A stretch of DNA of 64,000 bases from positions 15,500,001 to 15,564,000 of the forward strand of contig CATNEN010000038.1 of assembly GCA_950097015.1 (NCBI GenBank), read 5' to 3'. Both the position numbers and the translations under genes were made by a program. Numbering within the stretch: position 1 is the first letter of the stretch; each line of letters begins with the position of its first letter. The notes beneath the pieces were generated by a model. The model did not search any database. It was not told the DNA's origin and was given only the letters and a program-made list of their open reading frames with translations. This stretch comes from Macrostomum hystrix. Lineage: Eukaryota; Animalia; Platyhelminthes. Positions 37,581 to 50,196 of this stretch are shown piece by piece.

Positions 37581-39461
37581 GTTGTTGTAGGGCTAATTTA
37601 ATCCTACTAGTGTTACCAAAGTTGTCCTAGGGCTTACACTTGATGCAAATACTAGGCCTATCTTTATATCAATCTTATGAATGTCTTTACTTTATTTGCT
37701 TTATGCACTTTTTCAGATTCAATTGGTAGCATTTATGTATTTTAATCTGGTAGCGTTATACTTTCAATATGGCCAGTATCTATCCTCTATATTCACTTCT
37801 ACTTATAACTTTACTGTATTATTTCTATAGGTACTCTTTATCGGTCTTTATCTGTCTTTATCTGTCTTTATCACTCTTTATCCGTCTTTATCAGTCTTTT
37901 ATCACTTTTCAATTACTCTTCAATCTGTCTTCAATTCAATTGTCTGTCCGTCTTCAGTTCAATCTTCAATTCAACCTTCAATTCAATCTTCAGTCCGTCC
38001 TTGGGCTTTACCAATGTATCTAGATTTACAGCTCTCCCTTACTCTGTTTACTTTTCTTTCGCAATGTCTCTTTCAAATAACTTTAACATAAACACTTTCA
38101 AGATTCAAGCTTTCTTTATTCTGAACTCTTTCTCAGGTTTGTCAGAGAGTTAGTTTTTCTCTTTTTCTCTAGTTTTTTCTATTTATACTGTTTTTTACTC
38201 CTTTCTTCGCTTCATTATAACTTTTTATATTTTTAGTGCAGTCAAACAAATTGTGCATTTAAACAAAACAAACGGTGCATTAAAACAAACATTAAATTCG
38301 CGGGAACATTTCTAAGAAACTAAAATAATTGGAGGCCCTATCTCAGTGCAATAATGCCAATTTAGACCTTTTCTTAGGTCTACAATCTAAAAGTTTGGGT
38401 TAAATGTATTTTTGTTCATACGCTCCTATAATTAATTGTTGCTAAAATATAATCTTTTTTAAACAAGAATTGTATTTAATTGCTAATCAAACTTGTTAAA
38501 CTTGTTTACTGTTTTCAGTGTTCTGTGCACTATCTTTTGTCTTTGCTTATTTATGTAACTAACAGAGTTAGCAGGTACTATGAAAGTATAATGAAGCTTT
38601 TTAAGAAGCTCCATGGAACATTGGACACCAGATTTAATAGCTACATATATGATAAGGCACCACACTCATTGGTATGTCAATTAAGCTTTCATCACCCTGT
38701 TAAAATTTGTTATAGACTTAGTACCTGTTAATTCTATTCTATTAGTCACATTTATGAACAAATACAAAAGACAGTGTGCAAAACTCTAGATACACCACAG
38801 TTTCTATCTGTAGGTTTCACACTAATGGTAGCATTTCTTTCTCAGGCTCTCCTGGACTGGAGGACCACAGCCTCAACTTCAAATAGAGAAGAAACAAACA
38901 CTGAACAACACAACACAATCCTCTATGTATTTGTCTTAATAGCTAATTCTTATTGCCTTTAGTTCAGCTTTTTAGCTTTTTATGAATTATGCTTCGTAGT
39001 ACAAATATTATATATAGCTATTGTATAGGCAAGTCATAAATTCATAACATTCTATGCTGAAAATTTTTTTACAACCATTAGGTCAACAACCATTCATTTT
39101 ACTAAAACAAACAAACTTTTTTGCACTAAACTTGTGCTTTAAAGATAGTTTTAGATCTAATATTGAGTTCCTTTAAAGTGTGTATTTAATACAGATATCA
39201 TATAGCCTAGTTAGAAAGATTAAAGTTGTGACAGACAGTATTTTCGAATATTAAAGGGCCTAAAATGGCTATATTTCTTATTTTAGATGCATTTTTGCTT
39301 GTCAATTCAAACATAATTGCCTATTTTTAGGCAAAGGATAGTGTTGGCTTCTAACCTAGACTAGTCAAATATTTCTGCTTTTAAGGTTATAATTGTTCTG
39401 GACAGGATAAAACTATTTCTCATTTCAGATTCAAAGAAGTTAATCAAAGCGGCTTAAATTA

Positions 39462-42400
39462 ATGGCTGACGACGATGAGCCCGAGAGAAAAAGGCTCAAG
39501 TTGAAGTCTGAGTAAGTTTTATACTTTTCAATCAAATATATATTATTCTTAGTGAAAATAAATTAATAAACTCTTACTAGTCTACTGTTGTGAGTATAGT
39601 ACACACAAGCAAAATAAACACCCAGCAGATCGGACTGGGAGCATCAGTTTGACTCGCTGACTCCGGAGGATCGTCTCTGCGTCCTGTCCAGTCTCATTGC
39701 GAAATGCTCCCACCCGGAGCTAATCCACCTACACTGCTCCCTGATGCCCCGACTGAAGCGCGACTTTGTCTCCCACCTGCCAACCGAATTGTCGCTTCGA
39801 ATCCTGGCCAAATTGTGTCCTAGAGATCTGCTATCGTGCGCCCAGGTGTCTAGGCACTGGCGCCTCCTAGCTGAGGACCCGCATCTGTGGCGTCGCCAGG
39901 GCGGCAAATGGGCCTACCAGCGGGCTAGGCAGGTCCGCTGCAATTGGCTGCGAGGCGTGTCCCAGGCCAGGCCCGTCAACGGTCCCTGTCGCTTACCTGG
40001 CCCAACTCTGCCGTCGCTGTTGACTCTGCCGGCGCATGATAATCACGTGATCACCTGTTTGGAAATGTGGCGCAATTTAATTATATCCGCTAGCGATGAT
40101 TCTACTATTAGACTGTGGCGAGCCGACACTGGACAGTTGGTGAGATCGTCTGCTATATTTTGTTTTATGTCTGGATTTCATTTTAACTAGTGGTAATTGA
40201 CAATCATAGACAACCAAGACTAGTCATAGACAACCAAGACTAGTCATAGCCAGCCAAGACTAGTTATAAGTCATTAATATTTGTCGTAAATTATCATGAC
40301 TAAGTATTATCGCAACCAAAACTAGTCATAGCCAGCCAAAACTAGTCATAGACAACCAAGACTAGTCATAGACAACCAAGACTAGTCATGGACAACCAAT
40401 GACTAGTCAGACAACCAAGAATAGCCATAGACAGCCAAGACTAGTTATAGACAACCAAGACTAGTTATAGACAACCAACGAATAGTTATAGACAACCAAG
40501 ACTAGTCATAGACAACCAAGACTAGTTATAGACAACCAACGAATAGTTATAGACAACCAAGACTAGTCATAGACAACCAAGACTAGTTATAGACAACCAA
40601 CGAATAGTTATAGACAACCAAGAGTTGGCCAAAGTCAACTGGTTCTAGTTATTGACAATGAAGATTAGAAAACCAAGACTAGTCCAATGTTTGTTATACA
40701 ATAATCCTAACAAATCCAAACCCAGGTACGCACCCTTACTGGCCATATTGGCGGTGTCTGGTCAACAGCCATAGTGGATAATCTGCTAGTGTCCGGCAGT
40801 ACAGATCGCACCGTTCGAGTCTGGTGCATGGAGACCGGGATTTGTCGTCACGCTTTAGCCGGCCATGTTAGCACCGTTCGTTGCATAGCCGGTCGCGGCT
40901 GTCACGTGGCTAGCGGTTCTCGCGACACCAGCCTAAGAGTCTGGCATCTGTATACTGGAACTTGCCGGGTTGTATTACACGGTCACAGGGCGGCTGTTAG
41001 GGCTGTACAATGGCTGTCGGATACTGAATTAGTTTCCGCTAGTTATGATAGTACAGTTCGAGTCTGGTCTATTGTACCATCTGGCCGTGGACCGGGGCAT
41101 TGCAAATACGTATTAGATCAGCATATTAATCGTGTATATACCCTGGCAGTGACACCCGATTACATAGTATCCGGCTCATTAGATACTACTATTAGAGTTT
41201 GGCGAAGTTCCGATGGTCAACTAATACGAACACTGTTGGGTCATCAGTCTCTGACTGCGGGTATGCTGATACTGCCAGATGGTCGGTTAGTTAGCGGCAA
41301 CGCTGACACCACACTGCGAGTTTGGGATCTGGCTACAGGCCAGTGTCAGCATGTACTCGGCTCCGGCGACGCTGAAAAGCATCAGAGCGCCATCACTTCA
41401 GTGCAGATTGTGCAAGATTTTATTGTGTCCGCCTCGGATGACGGAACCGTGAGTTATCATTGTTGTTATTACTGTCTATGGTGATCCATTGTTGCTTAGA
41501 GTATAGCGTGTGGTATGCGATTTTAACCGCCTTCTTGTTGTGACCTATTTTTATGACCTGTTGTAGTGGCCTGTTGCCATGACCTGACAAATTAAATGAC
41601 CTGTAACGATTTCTTATGCAACAAATTGAGTCCTCGCAGTAAGAGCCCGTCCAAACGGCGGTGAGCCAATTCAGGCCGAGAGTCAAAATATATTTAAGTT
41701 TAACAGAGCGATAATGAAGGGGGTTGGTTAGAAGGGTAACATGTGCGCGGACTGGCCAGAGGTAAGAGATGAAACGCAGGGGAAGGAAAGAGAGACGAGG
41801 TGAGAGCCAATCAGAGCCGAGAGAGAAAATAAGGCAAATAAATAAATTGAACAGGCAGGGGGGAGAGAGGAGAGAGTACATTAAGAGGGCGCGCGAAATG
41901 ACAAACCAGGGAGAAGTTAATACATGACCTGTTATTATTAACTGACCTATTAAATGACCTGTTATTATGACCCGACCTAATAAATGACCTGTTTTTATAA
42001 CCCAACCTATTAAATGACCTGTTATTATAACCCAACCTATTAAATGACCTGTTATTATAACCCAACCTATTAAATGACCTGTTATTATAACCCAACCTAT
42101 TAAATGACCTGTTATTATAACCCAACCTATTAAATGACCTGTTATTATAAGCCAACCTATTAAATGACCTGTTATTATAACCCAACCTACTAAATGACCT
42201 GTTATTATAACGCGACCTACTAAATGACCTGTTATTATAACGCGACCTATTAAATGACCTGTTATTATAACGCGACCTACTAAATGACCTGTTATTATAA
42301 CGCGACCTACTAAATGACCTGTTATTATAACCCAACCTATTAATTGACCTGTTATTATAACGCGACCTATTAAATGACCTGTTATTATAACGCGACCTAC

Positions 42401-43475
42401 TAAATGACCTGTTATTATAACCCAACCTATTAAATGACCTGTTATTATAACCCAACCTATTAAATGACCTGTTATTATAACCCAACCTATTAAATGACCT
42501 GTTATTATAAGCCAACCTATTAAATGACCTGTTATTATAACCCAACCTACTAAATGACCTGTTATTATAACGCGACCTACTAAATGACCTGTTATTATAA
42601 CGCGACCTATTAAATGACCTGTTATTATAACGCGACCTACTAAATGACCTGTTATTATAACGCGACCTACTAAATGACCTGTTATTATAACCCAACCTAT
42701 TAATTGACCTGTTATTATAACGCGACCTATTAAATGACCTGTTATTATAACGCGACCTACTAAATGACCTGTTATTATAACCCAACCTATTAATTGACCT
42801 GTTATTATAACGCGACCTACTAAATGACCTGTTATTATAACGCGACCTACTAAATGACCTGTTATTGTGAGTTGTTATTATGACTTAAAGTAGTGACATG
42901 TTACGCTCGAGTAAGGCTGCGCGTACATATGTTCAGTCCCTGGACTGGGGAAGATACGCTCGTATAGCCACCCAAAATTCTACTCCAGCTGCTTGGTGAA
43001 CTGAAGGAAATCAGAGTCTCAAAGCCAACTTTCACCCACCCAACTCGTCCAGGTAAAAATGTGGAGCTCAACAACAGGTAAATTTGTGCGCGATCTGCTT
43101 CGCTTAGAATCCGCCGGTCACGGTGGTGTTGTCTGGCGCATCTGCGCCTCCGACACCCGACTGGTGTGCGCCGCCGGCTCGCGTAATGGCTCCGAGGATG
43201 CCAAGCTCATTGTGCTTAATTTCGATCCGGACTCCGTCTCTGAGACGCCACACGCTTGTAATCGTGGCGGCGGCGTCTGCGGCTGCGGTGCCAACAGCTG
43301 CCAGAGCTGCTGCGTGCCCGATCAGAATAGGGGCTTCGGCGCTGACACGGCGCCTGCGTCCGACTCGCCAGCAGTCGGGGCAGCGGCTGCCGGCCTCGAC
43401 TGGCCCGATCTGGTTGGCGACGCGGCTGCCGACATTCTGTTGCAGCCGCAGCCGGCAGACGACGAGGATCACTGA
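39462..43475 (+). CDS. FBXW7: F-box/WD40 protein, FBXW7/SEL-10/Archipelago-like
   Basis: Exons 39462-39511, 39629-40139, 40726-41448, 43053-43475. F-box RDFVSHLPTELSLRILAKL. Family signatures HDNHVITCL, HIGGVWS, GSTDRT, HVSTVRC, SGSRD, HRAAVR, HINRVY, HQSLT, GGVVWRI..LVCAAGSRNG..KLIVLNFD. Confidence 0.9.
40203..40625. repeat. 20-bp minisatellite (AGTCATAGACAACCAAGACT)n, intronic
   Basis: Direct tandem copies. Confidence 0.92.
41925..42870. repeat. 30-bp minisatellite with 360-bp higher-order repeat, intronic
   Basis: TAAATGACCTGTTATTATAA plus a variable 10-mer. The variant order repeats at offset 360 (GCCAACCTAT at 42151 and 42511). Confidence 0.95.
42910..43010 (-). mobile_element. SINE family A, 3' fragment
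   Basis: AAGGCTGCGCGTACATATGTTCAGTCCCTGGACTGGGGA is the reverse complement of the tail at 53065-53100. Confidence 0.6.
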
Positions 43476-43729
43476 TCATGGCTGATTTTGCGATTTTAAT
43501 TTTTAAAACATCTTTGGTCTTTCCTTTTATTAGGATAAAAATCATACTCGCCTCAAACTTGCATTGAGTTTTTTCGAGATTGTAAAAATGCCCTAGCTGT
43601 ATTTGTTTATTTAATGGTTTATTTTAAATGCTAACTGATTTGTCTTGTGTTCTCCTATAATCTGTTATATTACTTTTTTATCTCATTTCATTGTGTTCGC
43701 CGGAAGTGAATTCCATTTATTTATTCTCT

Positions 43730-44340
43730 TCCCCTCCCTTCCCTTCCCTTACCTTCCCTTCCCTTCCGTTCCCTTTCCTTATTATGAACCTTATTCCCTT
43801 CCCTTCCTTCCCTTCCCTTCCCTTCCGTTCCCTTTCCTTCCATTCCCTTCTCTTCCCTTCCCTTCCCTTATTATGAACCTTATTCCCTTCCCTTCCTTCC
43901 CTTCCCTTCCCTTCCGTTCCCTTTCCTTCCATTCCCTTCTCTTCCCTTCCCTTCCCTTCCCTTTCCTTCCCTTCCGTTCCCTTTCCTTCCATTACCTTCT
44001 CTTCCCTTCCCTTCCCTTCTCTTCCCTTCCGTTCCCTTCCCTTTCATTCTCTTCCCTTTCATTCTCTTCCCTTTCATTCTCTTCCCTTCCATTCCCTTCT
44101 CTTCCCTTCCCTTCCCTTCCCTTTCCTTCCCTTCCGTTCCCTTTCCTTCCATTACCTTCTCTTCCCTTCCCTTCCCTTCTCTTCCCTTCCGTTCCCTTCC
44201 CTTTCATTCTCTTCCCTTTCATTCTCTTCCCTTCCATTCCCTTTCATTCCCTTTCATTCTCTTCCCTTCCCTACCCTTCCCTTCCCTTCTCTTCCCTCTC
44301 CTTTTCTTCCCCTCACTTCCCTTCCCTCATTCTCTTCTAA
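43730..44340. repeat. Polypyrimidine (CCCTT/TTCC)n tract
   Basis: About 600 bp of almost pure C/T on the + strand. Confidence 0.95.
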
Positions 44341-45109
44341 TTCATTCTTTCGCTTTTCTTCCATCCCTTCCCTTGATTCACGTTTCACTTTTTCTTTCCT
44401 TTCGTTCTCTGTCGTCTATTTTTCTCGTTCCTTGCCTTTATTCACAATTTCATCTTTCTTGAAAGGGTAATGTACAGTATACTGTATATATTCTCTTCTA
44501 TTTTTGATTCATTAGCCTATCGGTGTTCATGCCTTTGGCTGATCAACGGGCAGTTTTTATATACTCGTAATAACAGGGAGTGACTTTTTTGTTAGTTTTT
44601 TTTCTATTTCTGGCTCGCTTGATTGTATTAATTAATACACATTTCTATAAATATGCAGCTAGGTTTTCGCATGTCATTAAAAAGTAATTATCACCTTTCA
44701 TTTGGTCAGTTTAATTAATTAAATTGCTTGTCATCGCTTCTAATTTCCTTTCTTGTCAAACTAATTCTAGCTAAATTGTGCCATAATTGTAACAATACAA
44801 TAACTGCTTCATCATCTCTTACGTATATTCTCACTGACCTATATTCTAGCGCAACTGTTGTGCATAACACCGGTTAGATCTATTTGAAGAAAATAATATT
44901 GCCTATAATCATTCTGTTGTTCTCGGAGTAATTTTTATTGTATTTCTTTGTCTAATTGTGCGTGTTATCATTTATTCTAATATATGAATACTGATTTTGA
45001 AGATTCGGGTGCAGGTCAACATCTGTTCAGCTGATTCCAACAAATTTTACGCTTTGTGAGCCAATGAAAATTGAATGCTTTGAAACGCAGAAATTTATTT
45101 TTTACTGTT

Positions 45110-46160
45110 ACCTGTTAGACAGATACCTTCCTGTTAGACAGATACCTTCCTGCTAAACTCATACCCTCCTGCTAAACTCATACCCTCCTGTTAGGCACAT
45201 ACCCTCCTGTTAGACAGATACCTTCCTGTTATACAGAACCCATTCCTTTTAGATAGAAGCCTTCCTGTTAGACAGATACCTTCCTGTTAGACGGATACCT
45301 TCCTGTTAGACAGATACCTTCCTGTTAGACAGATACCTTCCTGTTAGACAGATACCTTCCCGTTAGACAGATACCTTCCTGTTAGACAGATACCTTCCTG
45401 TTAGACAGATACCTTCCTGTTAGACAGATACCTTCCTGTTAGACAGATACCTTCCTGTTAGACAGATACCTTCCTGTTAGACAGATACCTTCCTGTTAGA
45501 CAGATACCTTCCTGCTAAACTCATACCCTCCTGCTAAACTCATACCCTCCTGTTAGACACATACCCTCCTGTTAGGCACATACCCTCCTGGTAGACAGAT
45601 ACCTTCCTGTTATACAGAACCCATTCCTTTTAGATAGAAGCCTTCCTGTTAGATAGATATCTTCCTGTTAAACAGAAGCTTTCCTGTTATGTTCGACACA
45701 TGTATTAAAGTGAGACAGATGTCTTCCTGTTAGACAGAATCCATTCCTGTTAGACAGATACCTTCCTGTTAGACAGATACCTTCCTGTTAGACAGATACC
45801 TTCCTGTTAGACAGATACCTTCCTGTTAGACAGATACCTTCCTGTTAGACAGATACCTTCCTGTTAGACAGATACCTTTCTGTTAGACAGAATCCATTCC
45901 TGTTAGATAAAAGCCTTCCTGTTAGATAGATATCTTCCTGTTAAACAGAAGCTTTCCTGTTATGTTCGACACATGTATTAAAGTGAGACAGATGTCTTCC
46001 TGTTAGACAGAATCCATTCCTGTTAGACAGAAACTTCCTGTTAGACAGAATCCATTCCTGTTAGACAGAAACTTCCTGTTAGACAGAATCCATTCCTGTT
46101 AGACAGAAACTTCCTGTTAGACAGAAACCTCACTGTTATGTTAGACACATGCATTATAGT
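45110..46160. repeat. 19-bp minisatellite (TTCCTGTTAGACAGATACC)n with internal block duplications
   Basis: Direct tandem copies. Confidence 0.95.
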
Positions 46161-46427
46161 TAGACAGATGCCTTCTTATTTGATAAAAGTACTAGTTTGA
46201 TAATCAATTAGTTTATTCACGGAAAAGAAAACATGCGTGTCACGCGTGTCACTTTATTACGGCAAATAATTTATTTTTGGTGGGTCGCAAAGAACTTTAG
46301 TTGGAGGAAGAAAATAATTGTTATTGTGGACAGACCGATCACCAATCGCAGCTGTTCTGTGAAAAATGTCTGGTCAGATGTGACACCATTGCTGACGATC
46401 TCTAGACTCAGGCCACACCTTGATATT

Positions 46428-49085
46428 TTAGCTGCCCATGCACACGAAGGATTTCAGCTCGCTCAGACCCTTGGTCTTGCGATCGCAGTTCTCGTTCACG
46501 AATAGGCAGCTGGAGTTAAGTGAATCGGTTGCGGGTTCTTAATTTTACGGTCTGCGATAACTTCATTGGTTGATTGTAAATCATTATGTCCTGCTTAACA
46601 ACTGTTGAACTGGCGCTTTGTAGTATCACAACTGTTAGGCTGAGGGTGTTACTGCTATTTGAATGAGGGTGTTATAGCTGTCAGATTGAGGGTGTTACAG
46701 CTGTCAGATTGAGGGTGTTATAGCTGTCAGATTGAGGGTGTTATAGCTGTCAGATTGAGGGTGTTATAGCTGTCAGATTGAGGGTGTTACAGCTGTCAGA
46801 TTGAGGGTGTTACTGCTAATTAAATGAGGGTGTTACAGCTATTAGACTGAGGATTTTACATCTGTTAGACTAAGGATGTTACAGCTGTTAGACTGGGTTT
46901 TTCAGCTATAATACTAACGTTTTTTACAGCTAAAATACTAAGGTTATTACAGCTAATATACTAAGGGTGTTACAGCTAAAATACTAAGGTTATTACAGCT
47001 AATATACTAAGGGTGTTACATCTAAAATACTAAGGTTATTACAGCTAATATACTAAGGTTATTACAGCTTAAATACTAAGGTTATTACAGCTACAATACT
47101 AAGGTTATTACGGCTAAAATACTAAGGTTATTACAGCTAAAATACTAAGGGTGTTACAGCTAAAATACTAAGGGTGTTACAGCTAAAATACTAAGGTTAT
47201 TACAGCTAAAATACTAAGGGTGTTACAGCTAAAATACTAAGGTTATTACAGCTAATATACTAAGGTTATTACAGCTACAATACTAAGGTTATTACAGCTA
47301 AAATACTAAGGTTATTACAGCTAAAATACTAAGGTTATTACAGCTAAAATACTAAGGGTGTTATAGCTAAAATACAACTGTTAGACTAAGTGGCTGCAGT
47401 GAGTCTCACGTATTGTTGAATCGCAGGATGGTTCTGTCGTCGATGGCGGCCGCACAAATGGGCACCACGACACTGGTGTCGCACGGATAGCGACTACAGG
47501 CGCAGACGGCGCTGCCGCCTGCCGAGATTTGGCACTGGTGAAACTGCGGACAGTCCTTGCGGTCGCAGTTGGCTGTGTGAATGTCGCGAAGGTTTGGGGC
47601 TTTGTAGTAGGGTTTAGACCATAGACAAAAATGCTTACTGTAAGCACAGTAAGCTGTAAGGCTTGCGAAATGTTTTTAGTTTTTGTGAATTAAGATTAGG
47701 CCATAGACAAGAAGTCAGCTGGCAGTGCTGGTGACGCAAAGGATTGACTCTTTTTAAATCGGGTTTTAGGCCATAGACAAAAATTTATTAGAAAATTCAG
47801 TGAGAGAGTGCCAGTTTGCTTGGGGGTCCTAAGGAGATCAGACAGGTGAGAGATGAGACGGAAGAGATAAGACGCAAGAGAGATGAGACGGGGGAGAGAT
47901 GAGACAGGCTGGGAGAGATGAGGCAGGCTGGGAGAGATGAGACAGGCTGGGAGAGATGAGGCAGGCTGGGAGAGATGAGACAGGCTGGGAGAGATGAGGC
48001 AGGCTGGGAGAGATGAGACAGGCTGGGAGAGATGAGGCAGGCGAGATTAAAAAGGGGAGAGATGAGATAGAGTGTACTGTAGAGTAGGTGTTAGGAGGAG
48101 GTAAGGGTCGGATTTGGGAGCTTCGAGGGCCGCATCTGGCCCGCGGGCCGGAGGTTGCCGACCCCTGGTCTGTTGGAATATAATCTTCCTGATTTCCGTT
48201 GCGAGTACTTACTGGTGCATTTGCCCGTAGCAGCGAAACTTGCATCGGCGGTTGAGTATTCAAATTTGCAGTAGGCACCGCTAACACACTGGCCGTCCGT
48301 CTTACAATCTTCGTTTAGCTCCTGTAGGGGGGTTTATCGGATGGATTGCTAGTCTATTCTGATAGTTTGCTTATCTATCTAAATGGGTTTCTAATCTACC
48401 AGAACACATTGCCATTCTACATAAAATGATTGTTTATCGACCAGATTTACTGATAATCTGCCAGATTTGATTGATAATCTACAAGGATTGATTGATAATC
48501 TGCCAGAATTGATTGATAATCTACAAGGACTGATTGATAATCTGCCAGAATTGATTGATAATCTGCCAGAATTGATTGATAATCTACAAGGCTCGTTTGA
48601 TAATCTGCCAGAATTGATTGATAATCTACAAGGATTGATTGATAATTTGCCAGAATTGATTGATAATCTACAAGGATTGATTGGTAATCTACCTGATCGG
48701 ATTAATAATCTACCTGATCGGATTGATACTCTACCTGATCAGGTTGATAATCTACCTGATCCGATTGCTAATCCATCTGGAAGGATTAGCAAAGACTCAC
48801 CGAGCCGCACAAGCAGACTTGAGTAATCTACCTACAAAGACTCACCGAGCCGCACAAGCAGACTTGAGTAATCTACCTACAAAGACTCACCGAGCCGCAC
48901 AAGCAGACACACATCTTGCTGCCAACAGTTTTAGTGAAGGTTCGACCCTCGGCTCGCACAGTCGGCAGCTGGCAGTCGCATTCTGCCTGGCCGCACATCT
49001 CGATGCCGCCGGCGGACTGTGCGGCGGCCAGTGAGCCGACGGCCAAAGCTGCGGCTGCGATGATGAGCGCAATCTGTTGCTGCAT
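46428..49085 (-). CDS. Small secreted Cys-rich protein: IGFBP-like N-domain plus follistatin-N/Kazal domain
   Basis: Exons 49085-48891, 48321-48213, 47599-47410 and 46509-46428 join in frame via GT-AG. Translation: MQQQIALIIAAAALAVGSLAAAQ..CGQAECDC..CVCLCGSELNEDCKTDGQCVSGAYC..GKC..CDRKDCPQFHQC..VCACSRYPC..PICAA..FNNTCLFVNENC..C. Confidence 0.8.
46640..47385. repeat. Two related 23-bp minisatellites (TACAGCTGTCAGATTGAGGGTGT; TACAGCTAAAATACTAAGGTTAT), intronic
   Basis: Tandem arrays grading into each other. Confidence 0.93.
47890..48065. repeat. 19-bp minisatellite (GGGAGAGATGAGACAGGCT)n
   Basis: Direct tandem copies. Confidence 0.9.
48125..48167. mobile_element. Solo hAT (Charlie/MER58-like) terminal inverted repeat
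   Basis: GGCCCGCGGGCCGGAGGTTGCCGACCCCTG resembles Charlie-type ends (CAGGGGTCGGCAA..GGCCCGCGGGCC). Partner end not found. Confidence 0.55.
48440..48780. repeat. 21-bp minisatellite (ATTGATAATCTGCCAGAATTG)n, intronic
   Basis: Direct tandem copies. Confidence 0.9.
48790..48908. repeat. 45-bp tandem repeat (about 2.6 copies) duplicating an exon-intron donor junction
   Basis: CAAAGACTCACCGAGCCGCACAAGCAGAC occurs three times. Confidence 0.9.
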
Positions 49086-49636
49086 ATTTTCGTCCTCTGT
49101 TGTAGCCCGAAAAAATATAAATTTGTGCCGTTCCAATCGAAATCTCCCCTCTTATGTTTTCCTAATCAAGTCGTCTTCTTCTTTTGTCTCGACTAAAATT
49201 ATTTGGGCAAAGAAGTTTTGTTCGGTTTTCGGTGTCTGATTTCCGTTGACTACGACTATATTTGGACAACAGCATCTGGTCACAATCTGGTCATTCACAG
49301 TCTGTTCAATCCGGGTCTCTTTGTGTGTGTTTGTGTTTTGTCCAACTGTAGGATTTGTCAGCACTTTTTTTCTTATTATTATTTTTCGCTGAAAATTTTT
49401 CTTCCGTCTCCGACATTTTGGCGTGGCATTGGTGTTGTAGTCTTCATAGAAGAACAGTTTGCTTTTTTGAAATTTTCTTGTCACGCGGTGAAATATAACA
49501 CTGCCTACCAATTCAATCGAGGTTTATAGTCTTTTGTCTGGGTTGCTTTTTTATCTTTTAGAAGCACCCGATACAGTTTCTTAGATGTCATTCGAAGTGC
49601 CTTTAGATCTTCAGTTGGATTAAAACCTCAATTTAC

Positions 49637-49880
49637 GGTTGGTTCGCTTCAGGTTTGGTTCGCTTCAGGGCTGGTTTAGTTCAGGGTTGGTTCAGTTTAG
49701 GTTTGGTTCGCTTCAGGGTTGGTTCAGTTTAGGTTTGGTTCGCTTCAGGGTTGGTTCCGGGTTGGTTCACTTCAGGGTTGGTTCACTTCAGGGTTGGTTC
49801 GCTTCAGGGTTGGTTCACTTCAGGGTTGGTTCGCTTCAGGGTTGGTTCACTTCAGGTTTGGTTCACTTCAGGGCTGGTTC
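49637..49880. repeat. 16-bp minisatellite (GGGTTGGTTCACTTCA)n
   Basis: Direct tandem copies. Confidence 0.92.
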
Positions 49881-50196
49881 AAATGAGAGTTTTTTAATTC
49901 AGGTATGAACCAGTTGAGAGAAAGCCTTTGTAATTAAGTACTGGGTTTACTAGTAAGTTTGTTATACTCGTACACTTTCGTGTGTTGCATTTTGTTGCAT
50001 TCATTTAGGTAAATAAAATTTGAGCTACAATTCTGCCTTTGTCTCAAGTTCTTCTTTGTCGCTAAAAGTAGCAGCCACGGACTATGAGCACAATTTACTG
50101 CTTTACTTTGTTAAACTGTAGCCAGTTCCTGTTCCTGTTGAACTCTCGAAATTTTGAAGCCGTGACTGTAATGACCTTAATTTTATCGGTAGAATC

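Noticed and set aside
41925-42870. CRISPR-like repeat/spacer appearance
   Set aside because: The variable parts are 10-nt variants of one sequence, not unique spacers; eukaryotic intron; no cas genes.
41811-44340. ORFs from the 30-bp array (YNNRSF) and from the pyrimidine tract
   Set aside because: Repeat artefacts.
48467-48826. LIDNLPE repeat ORF resembling a leucine-rich repeat
   Set aside because: 21-bp intronic minisatellite antisense to the Kazal gene; no start or splice context.
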